DNA of 64,000 nucleotides, taken from a virus (lineage: Duplodnaviria > Heunggongvirae > Uroviricota > Caudoviricetes). The position numbers and the translations under genes were made by a program. The notes beneath the pieces were generated by a model. The model was not told the origin of the DNA. It searched no databases and saw nothing but the letters and a program-made list of their open reading frames with translations. The stretch spans positions 10,722 through 74,721 of IMG/VR virus record IMGVR_UViG_3300044451_000174; one strand, written 5' to 3'. Numbering within the stretch: the stretch's first letter is position 1; every line of letters begins with the position of its first letter. Below are positions 54,530 to 63,010 of this stretch, one piece after another.

Positions 54530-54930
54530 TGAACGATTGGTTGAAGCGCAGCTATGCAAAGCAGAAAAGGCAAGCCGACAGACGTACTCTCGAAGGTATC
54601 GATGAGATCGTCAACAAATGGAAAAAAGCCGAAGACAAAAAAGAGTGGGGCGACAAGCTCGCGGTGATTTTGACGATCATGGCTCGCAACGTTATTGAGT
54701 TTGCGAAGCCGGACCTTCCTCTGGAAGAAAAGATCGCAAATCATCGCGAAATAATGAAAAGAGCGGCTAGTTCGCTCCCCTGCATAGACACGACCAGACA
54801 CCGGGCTTTCACTTACCTGATGACCAAAATGTTGTGCGTGTTGCGTCAGAACACGATGACGAGAGAAGAACTACTGGAAGCACACAAGGAGTATCGTGAG
54901 TACCTTGCAAGTAAGCACCCTAGAGCTTGA
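54529..54930 (+). CDS. hypothetical protein (133 aa)
   Basis: Start at MNDWLKRS with TAATG overlap. The longer ORF begins at 54511. Confidence 0.4.
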   Translation: MNDWLKRSYAKQKRQADRRTLEGIDEIVNKWKKAEDKKEWGDKLAVILTIMARNVIEFAKPDLPLEEKIANHREIMKRAASSLPCIDTTRHRAFTYLMTKMLCVLRQNTMTREELLEAHKEYREYLASKHPRA

Positions 54931-55174
54931 AGAAAACGGCAAACCGAAGCGGTATCTGGTCTTCGACAACGAAGCCTTCGACTACGAACTGAGTGAATCG
55001 GACCTCTCCCGCGCGATCATGTACTGTGGCGACGACCCACAGGCCAAGAAGACGCTGCACGGCGAGATCCAAAAGCACTTCCTCGACTGTCTCGAAGAGT
55101 TCCTCGGTTTCCCCGTGACACTGAGTGAGCTTGTGGCTGCGATCCGCGAAGGCAAACTGGAGAAGAAGCAATGA
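54896..55174 (+). CDS. hypothetical protein (92 aa)
   Basis: ORF. Confidence 0.4.
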   Translation: MSTLQVSTLELEENGKPKRYLVFDNEAFDYELSESDLSRAIMYCGDDPQAKKTLHGEIQKHFLDCLEEFLGFPVTLSELVAAIREGKLEKKQ

Positions 55175-55683
55175 ATTTCGTAGAAGAAACCGATCTGCGG
55201 TTCGCGTTGATGCCATCGACAATTGAGAACGCCGGCATGGGGTGTTTCGCCGCCGTGGATCTGAAGAAGGGCGACTACATCGAGGTGATCGGCGTCTACG
55301 TCAAGAAAGGCGGCATCGCCGACAAGTGTACCGCCTACGCGACCAGATACAAGTTCAACGGTCACGACAACCAAGAGGCCAACATCGTGCCGATGGGCTA
55401 CGGCGGGATGATAAATCACACCCCGGACACCGCGAAACAGAATGTCAAACTCGAATTCGCTCGCGGGCTGGCACGGAGAAGCAACGACGCGGGACAAGTG
55501 ATTTACAGGTTCACGAGGGACATCCCGGCCGGCGAAGAACTTCTTGGGTACTACGGGGATCACAAGGAGGCAGAGCTTCAGTGGATGAACAAAGGGGCGA
55601 GCTACCACGACCGCGAGGGCGGGGCGTGGAAAGAGTTCATCGAACTCGATTATTACAACCTCGGTCTGCTCGCCAAAATCTGA
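55171..55683 (+). CDS. SET-domain protein (putative lysine methyltransferase)
   Basis: ENAGMGCFAAVDLKKGDYIEVIGVYV matches the GxG N-SET motif. GMINHTPDTAKQN matches NHS..PN. FTRDIPAGEELLGYYGD matches RDI.aGEELt.dY. Confidence 0.65.
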   Translation: MNFVEETDLRFALMPSTIENAGMGCFAAVDLKKGDYIEVIGVYVKKGGIADKCTAYATRYKFNGHDNQEANIVPMGYGGMINHTPDTAKQNVKLEFARGLARRSNDAGQVIYRFTRDIPAGEELLGYYGDHKEAELQWMNKGASYHDREGGAWKEFIELDYYNLGLLAKI

Positions 55684-55720
55684 TCTGAACCGTAGATAAA
55701 GTAACCCGCCGAGGAGGACC

Positions 55721-56497
55721 GTGCCACAGATTGACCTGATTCCAGTACCGCAGTATCAAGCTCTCCAGCCGTACCACGTCGATTTCGACAACCTGCCGCT
55801 GAAGGCGTTGATCACGCGGATGCAGTTGATCAACAGTGCCGTTGACATCAACTCCGACATTCTCCGACAAGCGGTCGGAAGTCAGGGTACGGTCAGCGCA
55901 CGCCTCGGCCAGAGCTTGAACGACGACGGCAGCTTGAGGGTTTCGGCGGTTGACGGCACGCTCCACAACATCGGCGCTCACGCCGATGGGACTTACGAAT
56001 CCGTGGCATACGTCCGCATGAAGCTGGATGAGCGTGAGAAATTGGCGTTGATCGCTGACGGGGCGACCAACATGACGCTAGAATTCAACACGCCGTCCGT
56101 CATTACCAGTTTTGACACCGGGCCGGTGGAATTCATCCCGTCTGACGGGGTGACGTGGAACACGGTCGCGCCGAACAAGGTTCAGGCCAACCTGACGTTC
56201 CCGATCTCTTCGGCACACAAACATTACTACGGGATCACCCCGCAGTACGACGGAACGCCCGACTTCCAGCACTATAAGATCGGCTACCCGAACTACATCG
56301 CAGGCAGTCTGCGTGTGGCGATCAACGGTGTCAGGATTTTTGACGACGGCGATGTGTACGTCCCAGGCTCTACGGTGTCCGAAGCGTGGACACTTCAGGG
56401 GTTCACCGGGGACGAAACGACCGGCAAGTTTGTACTCATGACGCCGCTGACTCTGGACGATGTGATCCGGGTCGATTTCGACGTTGCCCTCACCTGA
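55721..56497 (+). CDS. hypothetical protein (258 aa)
   Basis: ORF. Confidence 0.5.
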   Translation: MPQIDLIPVPQYQALQPYHVDFDNLPLKALITRMQLINSAVDINSDILRQAVGSQGTVSARLGQSLNDDGSLRVSAVDGTLHNIGAHADGTYESVAYVRMKLDEREKLALIADGATNMTLEFNTPSVITSFDTGPVEFIPSDGVTWNTVAPNKVQANLTFPISSAHKHYYGITPQYDGTPDFQHYKIGYPNYIAGSLRVAINGVRIFDDGDVYVPGSTVSEAWTLQGFTGDETTGKFVLMTPLTLDDVIRVDFDVALT

Positions 56498-56510
56498 TGC
56501 GAGCTAGTGG

Positions 56511-57059
56511 ATGAAAAAAGACACGTCACCTGTAGTCGTCAACAAAATGGCTTACAGGCCGGTGCCTATGGACCTCGGATTCATTGTCCTGTGTTTTGAC
56601 GCCGACCCGTACAAGCCCCTCACTACCCTGAGCAGCATAGATCGCGCGTACCCTGGAGCCAAAACCGAAATGGTTTCCCCTCCAGATTTCAAGCACATTC
56701 ACAAGTCAGCAATTACGGGGAAGGGTTCACTGACCTCGCTGATCAACGCCGGTATGTCGAAGCCGCCGGCCGAATGGAACGTAATAGTGATGGCAGGGGT
56801 TCGAGTTAAAGAACAACTCGACAAAAAGTATTCGCCCTTCATGGAAAGCCGTCTGGACATCTTCTTCCCGCTCATCTTTGGTTTCCACAACTTCCTCGAC
56901 GCTCCGATGAACGGCCTGACCATTCACCGGGACACCTTCAAAGAGGTCGGCAAATTCGCCGACGACAACCCGCTCGAAATCTGCAAGATGATGTGGTTCT
57001 TGGAAGCCCACGGCAAGAACTGCAAGTTCAAAGCCGTCGCCGGTTGTCGGATGTGTTGA
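56511..57059 (+). CDS. hypothetical protein (182 aa)
   Basis: ORF. Confidence 0.5.
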   Translation: MKKDTSPVVVNKMAYRPVPMDLGFIVLCFDADPYKPLTTLSSIDRAYPGAKTEMVSPPDFKHIHKSAITGKGSLTSLINAGMSKPPAEWNVIVMAGVRVKEQLDKKYSPFMESRLDIFFPLIFGFHNFLDAPMNGLTIHRDTFKEVGKFADDNPLEICKMMWFLEAHGKNCKFKAVAGCRMC

Positions 57060-57072
57060 GCATAAATAGCTC

Positions 57073-57531
57073 ATGCTCACGTTCACCCAGTGGGTCGAAA
57101 CGACCCGTGTCACGATCTATACCAGCCCCCAGTCGAAAGGCGCTATGGTGGACGACACGTTCGCCGACGAGCCTGTTCAAATGCTGGACATCGACAGCAT
57201 CATAAACTACGAGCGGGCCTCCAAAATGGACCTCCCGGCCAGCCGGGAAAACATGCAGAAGATCCTTGCTGGCATCAAGGCCGGCGAGAAGATGCCGCCG
57301 GTTTACGTCCGCGAAGTGAAACTGAAGGGGAAGTCAAATCCGAGGTGGGACGGGAACAAAATGCTGTCGGTCGGAGGGGTTCCGAACTCGCGTTTCAAAT
57401 ATCAGATCATTGACGGGCATCACAGGTACTGGGCGTACAAAAAGGCGGGCGTCAAAACAATACCCGCCATCGTCGTCTCGCCAGAAGACATCCAGAAGAA
57501 GAGGCTCTGGACGCCCGAAGACGAATACTAG
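57073..57531 (+). CDS. ParB-like nuclease domain protein
   Basis: YQIIDGHHRYWAYKKAGVKTIPAIVV is the ParB/Srx DGHHR signature. Confidence 0.7.
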   Translation: MLTFTQWVETTRVTIYTSPQSKGAMVDDTFADEPVQMLDIDSIINYERASKMDLPASRENMQKILAGIKAGEKMPPVYVREVKLKGKSNPRWDGNKMLSVGGVPNSRFKYQIIDGHHRYWAYKKAGVKTIPAIVVSPEDIQKKRLWTPEDEY

Positions 57532-58148
57532 GACGCCATCCACGGCGTGTAGGCGATTTGCGCCCCGTCCCGCGTAATGCAGGGGCCGGAAGAGAACGCC
57601 AGGAAACCGCCATTCCAAGTGTACCATTCGAGCTTGTCGCCCGGCTGCACCACCGACATGAACTTGACCATTCTCTCTTCTTGCTTGAGTTGATCGACCG
57701 TCAGCGGGTTCTCACGGGGGCGTCCGCAAGTGCGTTGGCCGCTGTTGAGGTTGTCGGCCAAGATCTTCCAGAAGTCCTCGACTTTGTCACTGAGGAACTC
57801 GATGATGTTCTCGGCCTTGCCGCCGTTGTACTCGGTGTAGAAGTATTGGAACCGCCCCGTGGCGATGTTGTCTTCTTTCTTCTTCCGAGCAGCCGCCTCG
57901 ATCTTTTCCATTGCTTGTTGTTGTTCTTCGAGCAAGACCGGAATTTGATCTTCGGTGATCTGGACCGCTTTCCAGTGTTTCGTTTCGTGCGTGTAGTAGG
58001 AGCCGACCGCCATATTGTCGAACTGGCGGTGGTTGACGGTACACGTTTTCTTGTTGGAAACGTTCATCACCTCGGCCGCAACCTTCGGCGTCCCTTCGTT
58101 GACGATGCCGAGATACTGCCACACGCCGAAGTAGGGTTTGTCTGACAC
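57528..58148 (-). CDS. hypothetical protein (206 aa)
   Basis: ORF. Confidence 0.5.
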   Translation of the reverse strand: MSDKPYFGVWQYLGIVNEGTPKVAAEVMNVSNKKTCTVNHRQFDNMAVGSYYTHETKHWKAVQITEDQIPVLLEEQQQAMEKIEAAARKKKEDNIATGRFQYFYTEYNGGKAENIIEFLSDKVEDFWKILADNLNSGQRTCGRPRENPLTVDQLKQEERMVKFMSVVQPGDKLEWYTWNGGFLAFSSGPCITRDGAQIAYTPWMAS

Positions 58149-58155
58149 TGCTGCC

Positions 58156-58674
58156 TCAGAGTAAGTTGCAGATGAAGTCCCAACGGTAGTTGTACTTCAT
58201 CTCGCCGTTATGAACTTTGTCGAGGTACTGGTAGAGTTCGTCCCAACTCCCGAACATCTGATCGTCGGGGATGAACCCAAAGTACCACAGAGGATTATAC
58301 TCTTTGCCTTGCGGACAGACGAGCAGCACGGGGTTTTTGAGTAGATTGGCGAGGAAGATCTCGTGGTGGCTGCCCGTGGTCGGAACCCCGAACGGCAGGT
58401 AGGCGATGACGAGGTCAGACCGCTGGACCACTTGAAGGTCTTTGCGAACGAACTTACGCGCGATCTTCGCCATCGTCGCGTAGTCTTTTTCGGTACGGGC
58501 CTTCTTCAAGTCGTCGGCCCACTGTTGTTTGGGGTCGGCGTGAGGGTCGAAGACGTTCATCCCGTAGCGTTCGGTGAGCGTTTTGATGACTTCGGGACGC
58601 CAGTTTGCTTTGGCGGAACACTGTTCGATTGGACCACTCAAATATGCCAGTTGACCGTTAAGGAAATTAGACAT
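58156..58674 (-). CDS. nucleoside 2-deoxyribosyltransferase-like protein (dNMP N-glycosidase family)
   Basis: AYLSGPIE at the N-terminus and FGVPTTGSHHEIFLANLLKNPVLLV fit the nucleoside deoxyribosyltransferase-fold motifs, including the catalytic Glu region. Confidence 0.45.
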   Translation of the reverse strand: MSNFLNGQLAYLSGPIEQCSAKANWRPEVIKTLTERYGMNVFDPHADPKQQWADDLKKARTEKDYATMAKIARKFVRKDLQVVQRSDLVIAYLPFGVPTTGSHHEIFLANLLKNPVLLVCPQGKEYNPLWYFGFIPDDQMFGSWDELYQYLDKVHNGEMKYNYRWDFICNLL

Positions 58675-58867
58675 TTCTCACCTTGTAGTTGAAGGAGTCA
58701 AGCATCCACGGCTCGTCAAATCCAGAGAGGTAGCAAGAGGGGGCCGCTGAGGTAGCACTCTTGGCCTTTGAGAAAGTCCATGATCGTGACCCTTCTGGGA
58801 GAAGGTAACTCTACTATGTTGTAGCCGGTTTTTCGGCGCAAAGTCAAATTATCCGAACGGAGCGAGC

Positions 58868-59599
58868 ATGTCAACAGAGAACAGCATTGCGGTGGAATCA
58901 AAATCAACCTTAGAAAACCTGCAAGCCGTGGTGGAAAAACACCCTTTGACGGGCAGGCATTCGTACTTTCAGCTTAAATACTTCATCGTCGGGAAGGAGC
59001 CGACGCCGCAGGCCAAGATCTGGCAGTGCCTCCGTGAGATGAAGGCCCGCCGAGACGCACTCGAAGCCATCCAGTTGGAACGTGACGAAACCAACGACCG
59101 CATCGAACTGGCCGAGATCGACATCGAACGGCTGAAAAACCCCCGGAAGGGAGCGTTCGGCATCGACGTGCCGGAAGAAGACGAACTGACTTTGAAGCGG
59201 CGTGAAATCAAGATCCGGCAGTCCGAGCGAAAGCTCAAGTCGATGAAGAAGGCGCTGAAAGACTTGGACGCCCGCCAAAAAGACACAGAGGAAGAAGCGG
59301 CGTTCTTCTTGCAGGCGTTCGCGGACCTGACCAAGAACCAAAAAGTCATCGAGTACGACGACTTCAACGCCCAGAAGGAATACTGGACGACGCGGTTCTC
59401 CAACGAGATGAACATGAAGTTTATGCTCGACGGCCGGGTGGACGGGGAACTGGCGAAAGCGATCCTGTCGCTGCCAGACGAAACCGTCGTGAAACAAGAA
59501 ATGTTCGGCATCCTGAATCGGCAGCAAGAGATTTTGGAAGCGAAACGACTGATGGAAAAGAAACAGCTTGCTCAAATGAAGGTGGCCCTGAATGGCTGA
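58868..59599 (+). CDS. hypothetical coiled-coil protein (243 aa)
   Basis: ORF. Heptad-rich central region. Confidence 0.5.
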   Translation: MSTENSIAVESKSTLENLQAVVEKHPLTGRHSYFQLKYFIVGKEPTPQAKIWQCLREMKARRDALEAIQLERDETNDRIELAEIDIERLKNPRKGAFGIDVPEEDELTLKRREIKIRQSERKLKSMKKALKDLDARQKDTEEEAAFFLQAFADLTKNQKVIEYDDFNAQKEYWTTRFSNEMNMKFMLDGRVDGELAKAILSLPDETVVKQEMFGILNRQQEILEAKRLMEKKQLAQMKVALNG

Positions 59600-60602
59600 T
59601 CAGATTTCGACCCTCGACTCGAACTACTCGACAGGCGACCTTTCGACGTTCCCGACCACCCTCGACTCGTGGATCTCGCTTTACGAAGCCCGGAACGCGG
59701 CGATCACATCACTTCGGCAGAGCGTTACGTTCAACTCGAAGTTCATGATCGTGCAGGACACGTCCCTGTTCCCCGACACCGGCATCTTGCACATCGGCAA
59801 GAACCCCGGCGATCCGGGGCTTGGCGAGTTGGTCTGGTACGGGGCGAAAACTGCCACCTCGTTCAGCAAACTCATTCGCGGGTTCGCCAAAACGAAACAG
59901 ACCTACTGGCCGCAGGGTTCGCCGATCACCAGTGGCGTGGCGGCGGAACACCACAACGCGATCAAGGACGCGATCATGCAGATTGAACGCGACCTGGGTC
60001 TGTCTCAGTTCCCGAACGAATTCAGCTTGAACGGTATCCTCCAAGCACAAGAAAACCGATTCTTGGCCCCGAAGCCGTTGTTCCGTGGTTTTCCGATCCG
60101 TGGTGCGCCGCCGCTGAAGGTGCGGTTCCAAAACTTCACGGTCGGGAACCCGGTTCGGTTCCTGTGGGACTTCGGTGACGGCACGACATCGGTCGAACGC
60201 TCGCCGATCCACACCTATTTGGCCGAGGGCGTGTACACCGTCAAGTTGAACATCATTACCGGCACCGGCGCACAGGGGGTCGTCACCAAGAAGAACTACG
60301 TCACTGTCAACAAGGACCAGAAGACACCGTTCTTCTATGTCCTGCCGTTGCAGGGCGACAGTATAGAAACCAACCCCGGATCGCCGACGACGTTCAGCTT
60401 CGTGGACCAGACCGATGGCGAGGTGTCCGAACGGTACTGGATCTTCGGCGACGGCAACAACCTCAACGTGACCGACCCCAACGTACACACGGCGGATTAC
60501 TCATACGCCAAACCCGGAACCTATTCTCCTTCCCTGATGGTCATCTTCGCCGACCAGACTTTGAAGCGGGTGTTCCTGTCACAGAAAATCACGGTGTTTT
60601 GA
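59592..60602 (+). CDS. PKD-domain protein, fiber/receptor-binding-like, paralog 1 of 3
   Basis: WDFGDGTTSVERSPIHTYLAEGVYTVKLNI and YWIFGDGNNLNV...YSYAKPGTYSPSLMV are PKD signatures. AAEHHNAIKDAIMQIERDLG is a family motif shared with the next two genes. Confidence 0.6.
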   Translation: MADQISTLDSNYSTGDLSTFPTTLDSWISLYEARNAAITSLRQSVTFNSKFMIVQDTSLFPDTGILHIGKNPGDPGLGELVWYGAKTATSFSKLIRGFAKTKQTYWPQGSPITSGVAAEHHNAIKDAIMQIERDLGLSQFPNEFSLNGILQAQENRFLAPKPLFRGFPIRGAPPLKVRFQNFTVGNPVRFLWDFGDGTTSVERSPIHTYLAEGVYTVKLNIITGTGAQGVVTKKNYVTVNKDQKTPFFYVLPLQGDSIETNPGSPTTFSFVDQTDGEVSERYWIFGDGNNLNVTDPNVHTADYSYAKPGTYSPSLMVIFADQTLKRVFLSQKITVF

Positions 60603-62863
60603 TGGCTATCCCAACCGCAAGTTTGTTCCCCACTTCGTTCGACGGAAACAGAAACCTGTTTCTCGTTCACGACGGGTTGCGCCTCGTTTTGGCCGCTGAT
60701 TACAACCCCGGAGACACCAGCATCACCGTTCACAAGAACGACCTGATGATGAACAACTTCCCTCCGAGCGGTTTGATCACGCTTACGGAACAGTGCAGCG
60801 AGGCGGAAGAACGAGCGATCTCGTTCTTCTACAGCAGCCACACCGACACCACGTTCGACGGCATCGAAATCCTGCCAGAGTTCACTGACGGCGTGAAGCC
60901 CGCGAACATCACGAACGTCACAATGAACGTGATGGACAAGCACCACAACCATCTCAAAGATGCGTTAATCGCCATCGAAGAGTTCATCGGAGTCAAAGGG
61001 ACGGAAGACGACGAACCGTTCGGGCCAACGATGGAAGGCCGAATCAACTTCTTGAGAAGGATCGTACTCTGTCCGAAGGCGTGGTTCTCGGTCAACAAAA
61101 CTATCGGGTTGGTCCCGTTCGAGGTCGAGTTCACGAACCTGTGTTTCCGCCTGGGTACGGACGGGAACGCGGGCAACGTGGTTTTCGAGTGGAACTTCGG
61201 CGACAACACGGCGTCACAAATCTCGATCATCGAGGTTGTCAGCGAGGTGCCTGTCAACGTGGTGAACGTCTTGGTTGACAACGAGACGGGCGGTGTCATA
61301 TCGAAGACCTACACGACGCCGGGCGTGTACGACGTGTCCTTGAAAGCCACCAACGACTTCTGCTCCGACACGGTGGTGTTCCCCGGCTTGATCACGGCAC
61401 GGATCGCGGCCCCAGATCCCGCTATTGTCGAATACATCCCGGCGACGGGCCAGATTCTGACGCCGGGATACCCGGTGGGCGGGCCGTTCGTAACCACGCC
61501 GGTGATCCGCGCCGTCACGAACTCAATCATCAACATTGAAATTCAGTCGGGCGTTAACCCGTCAACCGGCCGCACCTATTCGGGCGAAGCCGTGAACGGG
61601 TCGGGGTTCCCGATTGACCCGATTGTGGAATACACATGGGACATCCCCGACGACCAGTTGCACAGCAACAGCCGGAACACGAAGGCGATCTTCGGTATCG
61701 GCGGGATGTACGACATGGTGCTGCGTGTGGACACGTCCTTCGGCGCGTACCGCATTACCAGCTACAAGAACAGCTTCGACATCATCGAGAAGACGAACCT
61801 GTGGCTGTGGACGTTCGGCACCGGCACGACGATCAAGTCATACGAGTTCGGCCTGTTGAGCGAAACGTTCAAAACCAAGAGCGGCATTTCGGTCCCCATC
61901 GGGTTGAACAACAACTTTTTGAACGGGGTGGCGAACGAAGACAAACAGAAGTTCGAGTTCCGACGCAACAACGGGTTCGCCCCGATAGGCACACAGCAGT
62001 CCGGCAGCCAGGGGCAGGGACTGCTGTACTGGGCGAGTGGCAGAAACGCATCCGACCCGGTGGGTTCGGAACAAATCAACCTGATGCAATACACGGGGTT
62101 CACCGATACATACATCGTTCAAGATTCGATTGCGAGACAGTGGAACTGGGTCGCATTCAACTCGCTGAACAACTTGTACTTCATCCTCGGCACTATGCCG
62201 TCTTACCCGCCGTTCACCTCGCCGACCAATCAATCGCGGATCTCCATGTCGTTGGCGACACTGGACTACGCGGTGGATTACCTGACGACGAGCAACTACG
62301 ACAACGGCTCGGACGAGTTGATGAACAACAAGGCCAACTACGACGGCGGCGGTGTCGCGGTGGACGGCGATTTCAGCGTTTACCGCTCAGCTTGGCACGA
62401 GGACAACGGGTTCTTTTTGAGGAACGACGGCGTCGGGGCGTTCTTCAGAATCAGGGACTTCTACAAGACCGAAGAGGTCGGCGGTATCGAGTTCAAGAAC
62501 ATCACCAAACTGCCGCCGATGGCGGGGCCGGCGAAGTTGGAAGGGCAGTTGGTGTCGTTGACGCCCGGCCTGTTCTTCTTCAACAACACCGGGCAGTTGA
62601 GCGTGTTCAACGCCGCGACGAGCGTGTGGCAAACGAACACCGGCACCAACATCTCGCAGTTCCGCGCGTTGCAAGACTCGACTGTGATCAACTTCGATTC
62701 CGACGAGAACACGCTTCTGGCGACTTCGGACGGCGACAACGTAGCTTATTTGAGTTACGACTACAGCACGAAAGCGTTCATGACGTTCAACGCAGTAACT
62801 ACCACGTTCACCTCGCTGAATCCGAGGCCGAGCGGCGAGCAATGGCAAATGAGTGTTTACTGA
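60599..62863 (+). CDS. PKD-domain protein, fiber/receptor-binding-like, paralog 2 of 3 (754 aa)
   Basis: EWNFGDNT...KTYTTPGVYDVSLKATN is a PKD signature. MDKHHNHLKDALIAIEEFIG is the shared motif. The N-terminus NLFLVHDG resembles NGTLFLVNN in paralog 3. Confidence 0.6.
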   Translation: MMAIPTASLFPTSFDGNRNLFLVHDGLRLVLAADYNPGDTSITVHKNDLMMNNFPPSGLITLTEQCSEAEERAISFFYSSHTDTTFDGIEILPEFTDGVKPANITNVTMNVMDKHHNHLKDALIAIEEFIGVKGTEDDEPFGPTMEGRINFLRRIVLCPKAWFSVNKTIGLVPFEVEFTNLCFRLGTDGNAGNVVFEWNFGDNTASQISIIEVVSEVPVNVVNVLVDNETGGVISKTYTTPGVYDVSLKATNDFCSDTVVFPGLITARIAAPDPAIVEYIPATGQILTPGYPVGGPFVTTPVIRAVTNSIINIEIQSGVNPSTGRTYSGEAVNGSGFPIDPIVEYTWDIPDDQLHSNSRNTKAIFGIGGMYDMVLRVDTSFGAYRITSYKNSFDIIEKTNLWLWTFGTGTTIKSYEFGLLSETFKTKSGISVPIGLNNNFLNGVANEDKQKFEFRRNNGFAPIGTQQSGSQGQGLLYWASGRNASDPVGSEQINLMQYTGFTDTYIVQDSIARQWNWVAFNSLNNLYFILGTMPSYPPFTSPTNQSRISMSLATLDYAVDYLTTSNYDNGSDELMNNKANYDGGGVAVDGDFSVYRSAWHEDNGFFLRNDGVGAFFRIRDFYKTEEVGGIEFKNITKLPPMAGPAKLEGQLVSLTPGLFFFNNTGQLSVFNAATSVWQTNTGTNISQFRALQDSTVINFDSDENTLLATSDGDNVAYLSYDYSTKAFMTFNAVTTTFTSLNPRPSGEQWQMSVY

Positions 62864-63010
62864 TTAAATAAGAAAATCAGGTTACAAGTTCATCACGAAG
62901 ATGGTGACTGGTTCAACAATGAGCCTTACAACTTGAAATTCATTTGCCCCAACTGCCACAGTCAAACCCCAAACTACTGTGCTGGTAATCGAAAAAAGTA
63001 AAGAGGTTCT

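Larger units (their letters stand above)
53271..54930 (+). mobile_element. low-GC inserted segment carrying a free-standing homing endonuclease gene and two small ORFs
   Basis: Abrupt compositional shift relative to the flanking high-GC tail genes. Contains the homing endonuclease gene. Confidence 0.5.

Noticed and set aside
58675-58867. 193-bp intergenic region checked for a tRNA or small RNA
   Set aside because: No cloverleaf-compatible arms or conserved T-loop sequence could be seen by eye. It is probably a divergent promoter region.
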